A stretch of DNA of 64,000 nucleotides, taken from positions 496,001-560,000 of the forward strand of contig AP026154.1 of assembly GCA_030295235.1 (NCBI GenBank), written 5' to 3'. Shown piece by piece: positions 12,907 to 26,130 of the stretch. Below the pieces are notes generated by a model. That model saw only the letters and a list, made by a program, of their open reading frames with translations. It was not told the origin of the DNA and ran no database searches. The DNA is from Fistulifera solaris (lineage: Eukaryota). Made by a program: the position numbers and the translations under genes. The stretch's first letter is position 1. Every line of letters starts with the position of its first letter.

Positions 12907-14112
12907 TCAAAAGTCCGCTTGAAAGTTCAAGCTACTGCCATGACTACTACTTGGAGGACTACTACTCCGTGAGGAGGAGGAGGAGGATTCGGCGACATTG
13001 GCCATGACACCACTCTTTTGATATTCCCCGACTCGTTTTTCGAAAAAGTTTGTCTTTCCCTCCAAACTGATCATATCCATCCAATCAAATGGATTCCGCG
13101 ATCCAAACAATGGTCGGTATCCCAAATCATGCAACAATCGATCGGCCACAAATTCAATGTACTGTGACATGAGACTGGCGTTCATGCCAATCAAACTCAC
13201 GGGCAAGGCCTCGCACACGAATCCTTTTTCGACCTCGACAGCTTCCGCAATCACGGCATGAATGTCTCGTTCCGACAATTTGACTTCCAACTTTTGGTAC
13301 AGCTGGCAGGCAAACGAACAGTGCAGTCCTTCATCGCGACTAATGAGTTCATTACTAAACGTCAAACCGGGCATCAGCCCTCGTTTCTTGAGCCAAAAGA
13401 TGGCACAAAAAGCTCCCGAAAAGAAGATCCCTTCCACGGCCGCAAAGGCCACCAACCGTTCCGCAAAGGAGGCTTCCGAACCAATATACCGCTGTGCCCA
13501 GGCCGCTTTCCGACGGACACTGGGTACTTGGGTATGCGCCGCAAAGAGTACTTGTCGATCGGATGGATTGGTAATGTACGTATCAATAAGAAGACAGTAG
13601 GTTTCTTGATGAATGCTTTCCATGGCCATTTGGAATCCATAAAAACAGCGGGCTTCCGGGACCGTCACTTCCCGACAAAATCGTTCCGCCAAATTTTCCA
13701 CCACAATACCATCGGCACCAGCAAAGAAGGCCAAGACCATACTGATGAAATGTCGTTCGGATGACGTTAAGGATTGCCAATCGGTAACATCCTGACTGAG
13801 ATCAATTTCGTCGGCCGTCCAAAACGAAGCCACGTGTTGCTTGTACATGTTCCACAAATCGGCATGTTGAATGGGAAACAAGGAAAAGCGGGAATCATCG
13901 TCGGTTCGACAAATGGGTTCAACGAATGGCAGGGTGGACCGTGTGGATCCACCCCGTGGTTCCGAAGAAGCACCACCTCCTCCTCCTCCGCGAAAGGAAG
14001 CTCTTTGGGTTCGCTGCGAAAACGATCGATGCGGTCGAAAGATGGCCGTGACATGATGTGATAGCAGTAATAACCCAATACACCCAGCAAGAATGTATTT
14101 TGAAGAAATCAT
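12907..14112 (-). CDS. RNR2: Ribonucleotide reductase small subunit (class Ia R2) with N-terminal signal peptide and transit-like extension
   Basis: [33 protein letters not shown] (ExxH plus radical Tyr), [28 protein letters not shown] and C-terminal FQADF. Single exon. Confidence 0.96.
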   Translation of the reverse strand: MISSKYILAGCIGLLLLSHHVTAIFRPHRSFSQRTQRASFRGGGGGGASSEPRGGSTRSTLPFVEPICRTDDDSRFSLFPIQHADLWNMYKQHVASFWTADEIDLSQDVTDWQSLTSSERHFISMVLAFFAGADGIVVENLAERFCREVTVPEARCFYGFQMAMESIHQETYCLLIDTYITNPSDRQVLFAAHTQVPSVRRKAAWAQRYIGSEASFAERLVAFAAVEGIFFSGAFCAIFWLKKRGLMPGLTFSNELISRDEGLHCSFACQLYQKLEVKLSERDIHAVIAEAVEVEKGFVCEALPVSLIGMNASLMSQYIEFVADRLLHDLGYRPLFGSRNPFDWMDMISLEGKTNFFEKRVGEYQKSGVMANVAESSSSSSRSSSPPSSSHGSSLNFQADF

Positions 14113-14799
14113 GATGATGATAATAGTAGTAGTAGTATTTGTTGAATGGATAATATGTGTGTGTGTGTGTGGATGATTTTAGACAAGAAAGACAATGAAA
14201 ACGATAACGAACGAATGGGATGGTACGTCGTCGTGTGTTGTGTATAGCTTGATATGTAGCGGAGCTTTTATAGGTAGCAATCCCTTGCTCAATATTTATT
14301 ATTTAGAAATTGATGGATCGGAAGAAAGCAGGAAAAGGAAGTTGTCACCGCCAGCTAAATATCATCATCGGCGATGGCTAGAGTAGAGTATGCGCTGGTG
14401 TTGGCTTTTTTTTTATTCCGCGAAATTCAGTGATTTGGTGGCGACAGAAAGACAGACCGACCGACCGAATGACTGCGCTGCCGCAGGTTGTTTCGTGGTG
14501 GAGAGGAGGGGTGAGCGACGCGTTGACGCGCGAAAGGTTGCGCAGTCCGTCTTATCTTATCTTGTCTGTCCGTACGTTCGTTCGCCGCCTAAAATTGTCG
14601 CTCTTCGGACGACGCTTCCTTCATCACAATCCAAAAAAATGGAGTACTTGTAAAAATCATCACGATCGCTGCAAAAGAAAACAACAAAAAAGCAACATCA
14701 CAAAATAAATAATACAAAGTATCAAGAAGGTTCTTCTAACTGTGTTACAAAAGTCTTTCATCTCGCGTATTCGACTCTTATCTTTGCTGTGGTGTTGAA

Positions 14800-14800
<1 letters not shown>

Positions 14801-14841
<41 letters not shown>

Positions 14842-14842
14842 C
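14801..14842. repeat. (AAC)14 microsatellite just upstream of the PP5 start
   Basis: Perfect AAC repeats ending 19 nt before ATG 14861. Confidence 0.9.
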
Positions 14843-14860
14843 GGAAAATTTACGCACACA

Positions 14861-16458
14861 ATGACGGCTATTGACGAGACGACACCTTTCATGACCGAAA
14901 CGGAGGATTCTTCCGAAGACGAAGTCTTATTTGTGTCACACGATGATATTCCTCCCGATCATCTCATTGTAGATCGTTCGCAAGAACCCAATGCTGCCGA
15001 ACTCGCCATAAAACACAAAGATCAAGGCAACATTTATTTGCAACAAGGACGATTCGTCCAAGCCGTTGATGAATATTCGTCGGGACTCGAATATGCTCCG
15101 CAACACGCCGTGCTCTTGAGTAATCGGGCGTTGGCGTATATTAAATTGGAAAATTATGGTCTCGCCTTACAAGATGCCGATCATGCCATTGCGGCAGATC
15201 CAACATACGCGAAAGCTTATTATCGACGCGCGTCGGCCAACTTTGCCTTGCATCATTTCAAATTGGCTCGGAAAGATTTTCGCACGGTCGTGAAACTCAA
15301 ACCGAAAGATAAAGACGGGAAAGTCAAATTAGCCGCTGTGGAAAAAGCCATACGCGAAGAACTTTTCGCGAAAGCGATTGAAGCGGAACAAACGGCACCA
15401 CTCAGTGTCACCTTTCCGATCGATGCCATCGAGGTATCTTCGACGTATACAGGTCCGCATCCGACGGGATCGTATCAACCGGATTGTGAGGCGGCCTTGT
15501 TTGAATCACCGGGACAATTGCCGCGAGAATTTGTTTTAGCGGCGATGGATTATTTCAAACAGCAACAATTGATTCACAAACGATACGTCGCACGATTGCT
15601 CATGGCCTGTGCTACCTATTATGCCAAGGAACCCACGTTGATGCGGATTCAATTACCAACTCCCGATGCGCGCATCACGGTGTGTGGAGATACGCACGGA
15701 CAATATTACGATGTCTTGAATATATTGGAACTCAATGGGATGCCCTCGAAAGACAATCCGTACTTGTTCAATGGAGATTTCGTGGACCGTGGTTCGTTCA
15801 GTGTGGAAGTCATTCTGACATTGTTGTTGTGGAAAATGCACGATCCGGCGTGTATTTATTTGACACGGGGTAATCACGAAACCAAGAATATGAACAAGAT
15901 TTATGGATTTGAAGGTGAAGTCAAGGCCAAGTATGATGACAAGATATTTCAGTTGTTTTTGGAAGTCTTCTCGTGGTTGCCATTGGCGGCGGTCATTGAA
16001 GATCAAGTGTTTGTCACACACGGAGGCATTCCTGTCGATGAAACCGTCATGTTGGAAGACATTTCCAATACCAAACGCGGAATGGAACCACCAGAATCGG
16101 GGATTATGAGCGACTTGTTGTGGAGTGATCCACAACCGTTCCCGGGCAAATCACCTTCGAAGCGGGGGGTCGGATTCGCGTTTGGTCCCGATATTGCGCA
16201 AGCCTTTTGCAGCGGAATCATTTGAAATTCATCATCCGTTCTCACGAAGTCAAGGAGGAAGGTTATTTGGTCGAACATGATGGCAAGACGATTACCGTGT
16301 TTAGTGCACCCAATTATTGCGATAGCATGGGCAACAAAGGTGCGTTTATTCACTTGAACGCTACTATGGAACCACGATTTACAAAATTTGAAGCAGTGCC
16401 GCACCCGAATGTGAAGCCCATGGCGTATGCCGCCGGTATGGGTGGGCTGTTTGCCTAG
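14861..16458 (+). CDS. PPP5C: Ser/Thr protein phosphatase 5 (TPR + PPP catalytic domain); 1-base frame break at T4 16205-16208
   Basis: Three TPRs (SNRALAYIKLENYG, KAYYRRA), then GDTHGQ, GDFVDRG, RGNHE, SDLLWSDP. IRSHE and TVFSAPNYCD lie in the next frame and join if one T is added. Confidence 0.94.
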
Positions 16459-16715
16459 AATGGTGAATACGTATCCATCGTGGAACGCGAGAAGTCGTAG
16501 CAGAAGTTAAAACGAATAGGAAGACCACCAAAGTAGCAAGGAATTTGAAGTTAAGCCATATACTTGTACAAACAATACCAACACTGATTTTGTGTGGTTC
16601 AACCATTCAATACTCTTGAATCAAGACAAAGATACAAGCAAAATCAAGAAGAAAAGTCGTCGCGTAAGAGTTAGGATCCTATATTAGTTTGTTTATTCTT
16701 GAATCGAAATGGTTT

Positions 16716-17335
16716 CTAACGATACGATTTTTGGAAACGAGCGCGAGCGGATCGACCACCGTACTTTTTCGGTTCGCATCGACGAGGATCACTGACCAAC
16801 AAGTTTCGGTCATAATCCAACAAAGTCTGGCGCAAAGCACACTTCGATTGTTCATCGACATACTTGGCATGATAGGCGACCACCGATTTGGCAATGGCTT
16901 GACGAATGGCGTAAATTTGGGCCGTGATACCACCACCCTTCACTCGGATACGGATATCAAGGTTGCTGAACTTGTCCTGTCCGACCACGAGAACTGGTTC
17001 GAATACCTTCAAGCGGAGTCCGGCAGGTTCGATCAATTCGATGGGTTGACCATTGACTTTGATCAATCCGCGGCCCTGCTTGGCGAAAGCGACGGCCGTG
17101 GCGGTCTTTTTTCTGTAAAAAATAGTAAAAAAATCATTCATCAGTGAATATGTATTAAAAAGGGAAAGAAGGATAGACAAAACATAATCAAGAGCGATGC
17201 AACGACTGATTTTCCGCGATGATTTACTCCGTCTCGTTTTCGTCAATTGCCGACATACTATTATAATTTCTCTCCCATTTAAGCAATAACTTACTTTCCA
17301 AATACTTGAACGGATTGTGATGTAGAAGCAGTCAT
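16716..17335 (-). CDS. RPS16: 40S ribosomal protein S16 (uS9); intron 17113-17294
   Basis: Exon 1 [14 protein letters not shown] spliced to KKTATAVA...[24 protein letters not shown]. Canonical GTAAGT donor and CAG acceptor. Confidence 0.97.
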
Positions 17336-18029
17336 TGTCAAGTTATTTATTGCAGTACATTCAGTTTTCAAAGGGCAACACAACAACGAGTGCGATGCCG
17401 TCGAAACTTTACCGGTGTCGTCGTTTTCAGTTTAGTAAGGCGGTAAACCTGACGAACGTACAGTCGTGCAGACGCCAAGGATGCACCCAATGCAACAATA
17501 TAATAGTAGACGTAGCAGTACCGTTACCGGTACTCACACAGTGCCATGCGGTTTTCGATTGATTCAGTCTTGTTTCGGTCGTGCGATATGTGTCGTATCG
17601 AAACTCACTTAAGGTTTGGCATCAAGTCCTTTTAACATCATCCATTCTCGTTGGTCCGTTGCGAGTATTTCAGTCTCTATTGAACAAGAATAACCCAACT
17701 AATCTGATCAAGCCTAAGGGATAATATACCGTTTCCTCACTATATGCTCGTTGTTTTGTTAAAAGCCACAGTTGCCCATTGCTTTGCTGTAAGATGCATT
17801 TCATTTTGAAAAGATTGGAAAATTGCGGAGCGCCATTGTTAAATGGCATCTTCTAATATATACTTGTAGACAAAAATCACGTTTTATTTCATGCAACAAC
17901 AGGTTACTAGAGATCTACTCGGAATTGATTAACTATGTTTACAGTACGGTGGTGGACATGTCCTTTTCCACTTACACGGCGTTAATCGTCTCACCGTATA
18001 AATTTCCTTCTTATCCATGTTCTTCACAT

Positions 18030-18862
18030 TTATAAATCCATCAACATCCAATCATTCAAAAGAAAATCATCAAATACTTCTCGAATGTTGACGGACGTAA
18101 GTGCACGATCGATGTGGTCTTCTAAAACAGGGAATTTGGACGGAACTGCCAAAGGTTGCGGATCTACGGCATCGTGGCACACGTCAGGTCGGTCTCGACG
18201 ATCGCCACTTCGAAACAATGCATTTGCGGCAGTAATCTGATTTATTCCTACTCCATAGTCTTGCATTTTCATTGAGGTTTCTTCAAACACGCCATTCTGC
18301 AGGGAAGCTTGCGAGCCCGACAAAACCAAGGAGAGAGATGTGGATTGGGTTGTGACGCCCGTGGCTTCAGTTTGATCGCACGATAAGGCTCGCGCCTTCG
18401 AGAGTCCGGAAGGACTCACCCAACTCATACTCCAAAAGTCCGGCTCTTCGTCCGGATTGGATTTTCTTCGGACCAAAGTACCTTTGACTTTAATTCGAAC
18501 AATTTTCGGGGCCAACCAAGTCATGCCCCGCAAAAAGCATTCGTGATAGTACGCTCCTCGATCGACTCCTTTCGTAATTCGACAAAAGCCGTAAATGTTC
18601 AACTGGCGCTGGAAGGAAGCAATCTTGGTCAATTTGAAGTACCGAGGTAAATTTTTTCAAATTCCTTGGCATCGTGTACCACAAAGCACCGTCCATGCGG
18701 TTGCCACGACACAACACGTGAAAGGCCTTGTTGCTCGACGTCCTCTAATGTTGCATGGAGCTTGTAAATGAAGGTGTGTCCTTGCGCATCGGAAGTCGTG
18801 CGATCTGGAGGAATTGCATTCGCGTGATCTTGATAATGGTGATGAATAATTCGTTTGGTCAT
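18030..18862 (-). CDS. HSF: HSF-type DNA-binding domain transcription factor; 1-base frame break near 18649-18657
   Basis: HHHYQDHA, FIYKLHATL, VVSWQPHGRCFVVHD, then LPRYFKLTKIASFQRQLNIYGF and GAYYHECFLRG. ORFs 18629..18862 and 18030..18632 join with one added base. Confidence 0.88.
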
Positions 18863-19856
18863 GTTGGAATGATTGCAAGAAGCATAGAGAATGGTTGTGG
18901 TGTTGTCAACAACAATTCGACAAATGAATCTTTGTGACTAAATCGAGCGACGACGAACTGGCAACTGGCAACAGATTTCGATGTTCTGAGTTGTTGTAAT
19001 CTCTGCCATCTGCCAGTATTAAACTACAGTGTACTTCACGAATTCAAGTACGAGAGAGGGAACAAAGAATTGCCGATGATATCTTTTTTTTGAAGGCCTA
19101 CAGGCCTTAAGGATCTTACCTATTAACAAAATTCTTTGCACCTTCTGTTCCTTCTAACTTCAAAAACTGGTTACTTAGTGTGTGCTGACTGCTGACGTAA
19201 CATATAGGGCTATTGGTTACTACTGTTACTCGTATATAGTTTAACGGGTCAGTAATCTTGAATTCGTATTTCGTACCTCCCTCAGCATCCTGCCATGGGA
19301 AAATAATAATCTTTCTACCTTGAAACTGGAAACTCGCATTATCCTTCATGGATTGATGTGTGTTCTAAGCAGCATGTGTTCCTTATAGCTCACGCCAACG
19401 CTTCTCGCCATCTGGCGTAAACTCTACTTCCCAACCAAGGCTCAACACTCAACACTCAACACCAGTCACCAGTAGTTGGAAACAGGAAACTCACGAGTCG
19501 AGATAAATTTCTGCCGAGTGACTGGATGTTCATTGTTCGTTTAAGGACTGTTCGCGACCAGCGTTTTTGGCCCGTCTAGCTCTCTCGAAGGTCGAGCTCT
19601 TAAGAGAAGAAGGGCGAACAGGCGGAATCAATACCAAAGTCTACCTAGTGAACTCTTTGAAGGAAAGAAATAGGCGTTTGTTGTGTTTCGAATTACTAAG
19701 TGTCATTTTTTCGATAGAAAAAAGAAGAGGAGAGCCAAGTTGACCTTTGTCTTCCTATAACTAAGCAAATGTGAGAAGATTATATAGATGAAAAGCCAGA
19801 GCTTCCGTACAATCATACCTAACTGTAGCGAGACTATCTAGTTTATTTCGTTTTAG

Positions 19857-21457
19857 TTAGAATGGAATCATGGTTTCTTCATCAATATCCGGATTGTCGA
19901 GCTTATCCATAGCCGACTTGATCATTTGACTATCCTTCGGATCCAAATCCATCGCCGCCAAGAAACATTTCATGGCATCATCCAGTCGACCCAATCGTTT
20001 GTATACTTTTCCCAGACAAAAGTGCACCGTCGCTTCTCGGGGAGCCGCGTCCCGGACCTTTTCCAATTCCAGGGCGGCTTCTTGAGGCCGATGCAAGGCA
20101 CTGTAGATGGTGGCGCGCTGAAAACGGGCCTGTGGATTCCCCGGATCGAGTCGACTCGCTTCCGAAAGCGTTTCGAGAGCCTGATACGCTTTGCCGTTGG
20201 CATGTTGCGAAATACCCCAATTGCACCGTAAAATGCTGCTGGTCGGGTGAATCTGGCACGCTCGTTCAAAGTGATATTCGGCCAAATCGTACTTTTCTTG
20301 TCGATGATAGATACAACCAAGTCCATACCAGGCATTGTAATGTCGTTCATTTGTGCGAATCGCTTGACGGAAACAAGCCATGGCGGGTTCAAAGTCTTCG
20401 TTGGCCATGTATTCGTAGCCACACAGTGTGTGCGTGTAGGTGAAATTCGGATCCAATTGCAACGAACGCTTAAAAAAGGACAAGGCCGCCTCGTGGTCCT
20501 TTTGCAATGAAAAGCAATTTCCCACCACACACCAGGCTTGCGGTGATCGCTTGTCCCACGCCACGACATGCTGCGCTAAACTTGCCAAATCCACTTCTTT
20601 CTTCTGGTGCCAATAGACAGTCGACAACAACTCGAGTCCTTCCAGACGTCCCGGTTCTAAATGCTTCATGTGCTCCAAGCACCTTTGCGCGGCGGTGAAT
20701 TCATTTAATTCCAAGTACGCTTTGCCTTGTTGATGCAACACCCACGATGTATTTTGATGAGACAGCGGTAACATCCTCAAAGTATCCAGACAGGCCTGAC
20801 ATTGATAGTGACACAACTCTTGGTACGCCTTACCCACCGTCGCCAACGTTTGCAATATACTTTGTACATCACCTTTCTCTTCTTCCAGAAACAACGAACG
20901 GGGTTCCGATGCTTCGCCCCCAATCCTTGCAGATATCGCATCGAACGTGTGACGGTCGACAAAGAGGGCGTTTCTGGTGAAGGAGGATAATAACCACGAT
21001 TCGCCACCTGTCGGGCTCTCCGGAGTACTACCGTGTGGCTAGAAGTTTCCCCGTTCCAGAGTCGTATTTTGATGAATGGGCGTCAATCCGGGCGAAGGCG
21101 GCTGGGGCTGTAAGGGTGTTTTAGCAGTAGTCGTGGCAGCCGTCGGCGGCTTGGGGACACCAAAGACAGTCGGGACATCGACCGCCACACCCAAATCCGT
21201 CAACGCCTGGAAACTGGACCACAAGAATGGATCGAGTTGCAAGGACATTTGATAATACTGAATGGCACGTTGCGTGCGATTGGATTTCCGAAACACGTCT
21301 CCCAACAATGCCAAGCCTGCCGCTCCATTGGGAATCGGACACGGCTATACCGACGAGTAGTGAGTCCAGTTTCGCATACGACTTTTCGGCTAGCAATTCC
21401 ACTTACCGTCGTTTGTAAAATCCAGTCTTCGAAACTGCTCTGAGATGGTTGTTGTGG

Positions 21458-21493
<36 letters not shown>

Positions 21494-21862
21494 GAATTGA
21501 TGACGACAATCGTGCAAGAGTGCATCTTCGGCACGGGCATATTCTTTCAACTGGAAAGAACACTGAGCCGACAAGTAGAGTAATTGAGAAGTGGGATGAG
21601 CCGCCTTGCTGAGCAGATGCCGTGCCCGGGGAATTTGTCCGGCTTGATAGTAACACAAACACAACCAATAGAGAGCCGCCGGATCCGAGGGAAATTCCGC
21701 CACACACCGTTCCGCCAAGAAAATAGCATTGTCGAGTCGAAAGACGTTCATGTATTGTTGTATTAACGACAAATAATGCGATAAATCGGGATGATGATGA
21801 TGAGTGGTTGTTGTTTTGTGCACATCCTGTGGTCGAGCATCCAAAGTTGGAGGAGCGCCCAT
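19857..21862 (-). CDS. CDC27: Anaphase-promoting complex subunit 3 (CDC27, TPR protein); intron 21345-21406; frame breaks at C4 21049-21052 and G4 20900-20903
   Basis: DNAIFLAER, LQLDPFLWSSF, GLELLSTVYWH, SPQAWCVVGNCFSLQKDHE, FTYTHTLCGYEY and RHYNAWYGLG; poly-Q tract. Confidence 0.92.
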
Positions 21863-22367
21863 TTTGGTTGGTTTGTGATAATAACAGGACAGAGTTTAAG
21901 TCTTAATGGCGACTGCGGCTGCGCTTGATTGGTGACTCCAACAAATGCTTGACACGGGCAATGGAAACAGAGAATGATGATAATACGGAGTACTACGTAA
22001 ATAAAAGTATGTTAAGTATTCTACTCTGCAGGATGGTCATGGTCGAGGTTTCCGCGCAGCGCCGGATGGGCCGCTAAGTTTACTCTATCCTTATGAGTAG
22101 ATCCGGAAAAGCAAAGGATTGTTTTTCTCTACGCAAGAGGACCCTATACGACACGCGGAATACCGCACACGAACGTCTTTGCCATGGTAGCGAACAACAA
22201 CGGACTCTTTGATCTACACTTTTAGGAACAGTCCGTCAAAACCGTTCGCGACGCGCCGGCGGCGATCGCAACCCGTTTTCCCAACCACAATAAACACGTT
22301 CGACAAAAATAACAACAACAATTACACTACCTTTTATGATTCTTCCTGCAATTATCTAGAAACAAGA

Positions 22368-23847
22368 ATGATACGATACTCTTTACTTCTCTTATTACTA
22401 TTATTCGCTCCCGGTCAGGCAGTTCCGGCCAAAGAAGCCGTGTACAAACCGGGAGAAATCCCCAATCAACCGGTCCGCATCAACAAAGAAAACTTTGAAT
22501 CCATGTTGCAAGATAAAACGAATCCTTTGTGGCTATTGAAATTTTATGCGCCCTGGTAAGAAAGAAGAAAAAGTTTTCTTTTTCTTTTTTCTTCACGAGT
22601 GTCAGTCTCATACTTGTCTCCTTCTTCAAAAGGTGCGGACACTGCAAACGACTCGCACCCATTTTGACCAAAGTCGCGCAACAAACTGCCGGTCAAATGG
22701 CCATCGGAAAAAATTGATTGCACTTCCACGGGAGCTCCTCTTTGCAAACAATTTGATGTGAAAGGATACCCGACACTTATGTTTGCGTTAGATGGAGAAG
22801 TGCAAGATTTTCCGTACGGACGGAGTCAGGAAGAATTGGTGGCCTTTGCGAAAAAAATGAATACGTTGACGGTGGATGTAGTAGCATCACAACAAGATGC
22901 CGATCAATATGCCCGAACCCAAACATCGAATGGCATTGTGTTTGTGGCGTATGATCCGGCGTCGGCAAATGCCCAAGAAATCTCGGACAAATTGAATACT
23001 AGTCCTTCGTTGCAAACATATGCGACGGTAGCACGGAAAGAACAAGCGTTCGCTCATTTTTTTGCTGTTAGAACCGTCTCTAATGGAAGGAGAAGAAGGC
23101 CCAAGCGTCGTTCCAGCCGCATTTGGTGATTTTCCGTCCTCGTCGTCGTTTTTCGTGTGTCGTAGGGAAGTTGGAGTTCCGACGCGTTGTATGCCTACGG
23201 ACGCCGACTTGCAAGCCTGGGTCCGGGCGAACAACATCCCCACGGTCAATGATTTAGGACCGACCAATTTTTACAGCATTGGTCATAAAGGACGTCCCTT
23301 GGTCATTGGTGTTTATCATCCCGAAGTCGAAGTCGCGAGTGGCAAGGATCCAGAAACCGATATCAAAGATCGGCTTTTGGAATTTGCCATTGCCAATCCA
23401 CTCGCCTCGGAATATTACTTTGGGTACATGAATGGTCACAAGTGGACCTCCTTTTTAGAGCAATTCAATGTCATGGGTGGACCGCAAGTCTTCGTGTTGG
23501 ATGTTCCCACCAAGACGTACTGGCAAGACGAGAAATTGGGATACGATTTGGACATTGAGGGATTGCTAAAAGCCAAAGCGAGTGGTGCGGTGGCAGGATT
23601 ATCGGCCCGACGTAAAGGTGTCGATGGTATCAAAGATATGATTGCCGATTGGGTCGAAAACAATCTCATGGCGGCTTCCATTATCACTTTAGTGTTTCTG
23701 TTGGTGCTGTACGTGTCGTTGGCCTATTGGGCATCTTCGGAAGATGTTCCCGTGAGTGCGGAAGAAGCCTTGCTGGCGGCCGAACAAGAAGCCAATGCAG
23801 AGGCTGCCGCACAAGTCCAAGAAGAAGAATCCAAGAAAAATAAGTAA
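22368..23847 (+). CDS. Transmembrane protein disulfide isomerase (TMX3-like); intron 22556-22632; frame breaks at A6 22708-22713 and T7 23057-23063
   Basis: Signal peptide; LLKFYAPW|CGHC across the intron; KIDCT; VKGYPTL; C-terminal TM helix and KKxx-type tail (SKKNK). Confidence 0.87.
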
Positions 23848-23906
23848 ATGATTTTCTATTTATATAAGTGGTTAATGCATCTATTGGTTTTGTATTACTT
23901 TATCTT

Positions 23907-25114
23907 TTATGGAAGAACAAAGACATGAGCGGTTTGATCTTTATCAAAGCATCGAAAATCTTGTTTCCCTCGACCTTTCATTTTATCAGAAACGGCCAAG
24001 AGTGTGTACTCGTTCATCCAGTGAATCCCTTCAATGTTGCAGTAAATCGTTTCACATTCGTTGTCTTTGGGAAAATCGTACACCGTCTCTTCGTCAGAAG
24101 CAAATTCAATGGTATCGATGTCCCATAATCCGTCTTCCACGAGCCCTTTGAGACGACCGATCCATACTTGACTCTCTTCTTGAGAAGTAATGGCGACCCG
24201 ATCACCCAGTATACTAATGGCGGAGTAATCGTGAAAGGCGGCACTCGGTGGGACATCGATAATACGGAGCGTGGTCCACACGGTGCCATTCGATTTCATG
24301 GCCACCAGTTTGCCGTTACCTACATCGTCTTTTCGTTCTTCCGAGCAGTGATTGGCTTCACAGAGTGCTAATATCACCAGAGCTCCATCGTTTTGGTCGT
24401 GAATCGCAATGGCCCCTTCAAACCCTTTCGAGTCCCCTTCAAATTCAAATTCGGTCATCTGCTTGTTCACCGCACTGTATTGTTGATCATTCACCTGCAG
24501 CTGTTCAATTTCGGCATGAAAGGATTTGTCACGTTGTTGAATGGATTCACGAACAACATAGAAGAAACCAGCATCTTGCACCAGCGCTTCGTACCCCGAG
24601 TTATCCTGTTTCTTGCTAGAATGTACTTTGGTGCTCACAATTTGCACATTGTCGGGACTGAAGGGCTGTAAATCGGTCCGAAATTTGGACAGAGACCAAG
24701 AACTGTCACACACCGCGTACGCGTAGTCGTCATGAATCACGACGGACGACGCCTCGAACTTGGTTTGTCCTAACGTATCGGGAAAAAGTGCAATGAATGG
24801 TAATTCGTAAGCCAGTTGCAACGTGCGTTCACTGTAGGTTCCTTTTTCACACGCCCAATGGATGGGTTCGATCTTTTGTCGTCCTTCTTCGTCTCTTTGG
24901 CGTGCTGCTTCGTCTTTTTCTTGTTTCGTTTTTCATTATTGTGATGTGATACCCCTTCCATCGGTACTATGCTTTCTAATTTTCCTTCATTTTCCAATTT
25001 AGCCAACAGTGCAAACAGGGCCAAGGCCGCCAACAATTGCCACACGCACAAGAGCCGCGGTGGATGATTTTGCCGACGTGTTGTGTCGATCAATTGCGAT
25101 GTTTCCTCCGGCAT
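23907..25114 (-). CDS. Membrane-anchored hypothetical protein, probable beta-propeller (phytase/SdiA-regulated-like); frame break at T4 24874-24877
   Basis: N-terminal TM helix (LLCVWQLLAALALFALLA) in ORF 24770..25114 joins ORF 23907..24821 with one added base. Blade-like repeats FEASSV, GYEAL, GFEGA, DYSAI and NIEGI. Confidence 0.6.
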
Positions 25115-25693
25115 TCTATTGCTTCGATTGCCTTTCTCAATTATTTAGCTTTATTCATGGAAGGAGTGAACGAAAAAGATCTGTCTTCAATTGCGTTGAA
25201 TAGGAATGAATTAGCCTTAGCCAATGGCAAATGGCAAACAATCGTTTTCGATCGAGTGTCATGGGAGCGACGCGAGAAGCGCACGAAAAATATCACCTCC
25301 CTTCTCAAAGTACTTTGTACTGTACACAGGCAGAAATACCCGTTTAGTAACTAGTAACCTTAAATGGGTTGGAAATGATGACGTCAGTCTGTTCCATGAT
25401 ACAGAAACAGACATCTGACAATTGGCGCATTCGGCATTCGTATTCCGCATAGACTCTACGATGTAGGATGTACAATCCAAAAATTAACTACTCCGTAGTA
25501 ATAAATAATGAGAAGGTGTGTCAGTACTATTTGCCCTAGAGATCGACACCATATTTTCCGTTGCGCTAAGTAAATACCATCGCCTTCTCGCCGATAGACA
25601 GACCGCGCTTGTTTGGAGCGAGGAACAGAACCAAAGGAGGGTAACAAAATCACAAACATTACGACTTTTATAGTATTCAACAAACCAATCAAC

Positions 25694-26036
25694 ATGTCCA
25701 AGAATATCATCTTTTCCATCTTGTGGATGGCCGTGCTCTTTTTTATTGCCTGGCCGATTGCTATCTTTTGCTCGTGGTTTTGGATCGTCTTGCAGGTACG
25801 ATTCGTTCGACGAAACTAAAGTGTATTTTCCATTGATGTGGATGATTGTCTCTGCAAAAAAAACTTGTCTATGCTCTATCACCTCACCTTCTATTCTTCT
25901 TGATCAACAGCCCTTTGAAGCATGTTTCGGCTTTGTGAAACCGATCAACGACTTGCTTGAAAAGTTGCTGACCTGGCCTCGTGAGTTGGGACAAGCTGTG
26001 ATGGAATGTAAAGAATCGTTCCCGAATCCTTTTTAG
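25694..26036 (+). CDS. Small hydrophobic protein, 75 aa; intron 25796-25910
   Basis: MSKNIIFSILWMAVLFFIAWPIAIFCSWFWIVLQ|PFEACFGFVKPINDLLEKLLTWPRELGQAVMECKESFPNPF. Phase-0 GTACG..CAG intron joins two short ORFs. Confidence 0.75.
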
Positions 26037-26130
26037 AGGAAAACTCGCGATGTATCTTGTAATGTATTCTTGGTGAAAAGGTAGCGACGATCCATGTGTG
26101 AAAATATAAAACAACTAAAAATGCATGATT

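Noticed and set aside
17113..17294. Possible snoRNA in the relatively long RPS16 intron
   Set aside because: The only C-box-like TGATGA lies near the 3' end at the likely branch region, with no downstream D box or terminal stem.
19116..19349. 77-aa AT-rich ORF with a protein-like appearance
   Set aside because: Short, with no recognisable family or supported splicing; could be a decayed fragment.
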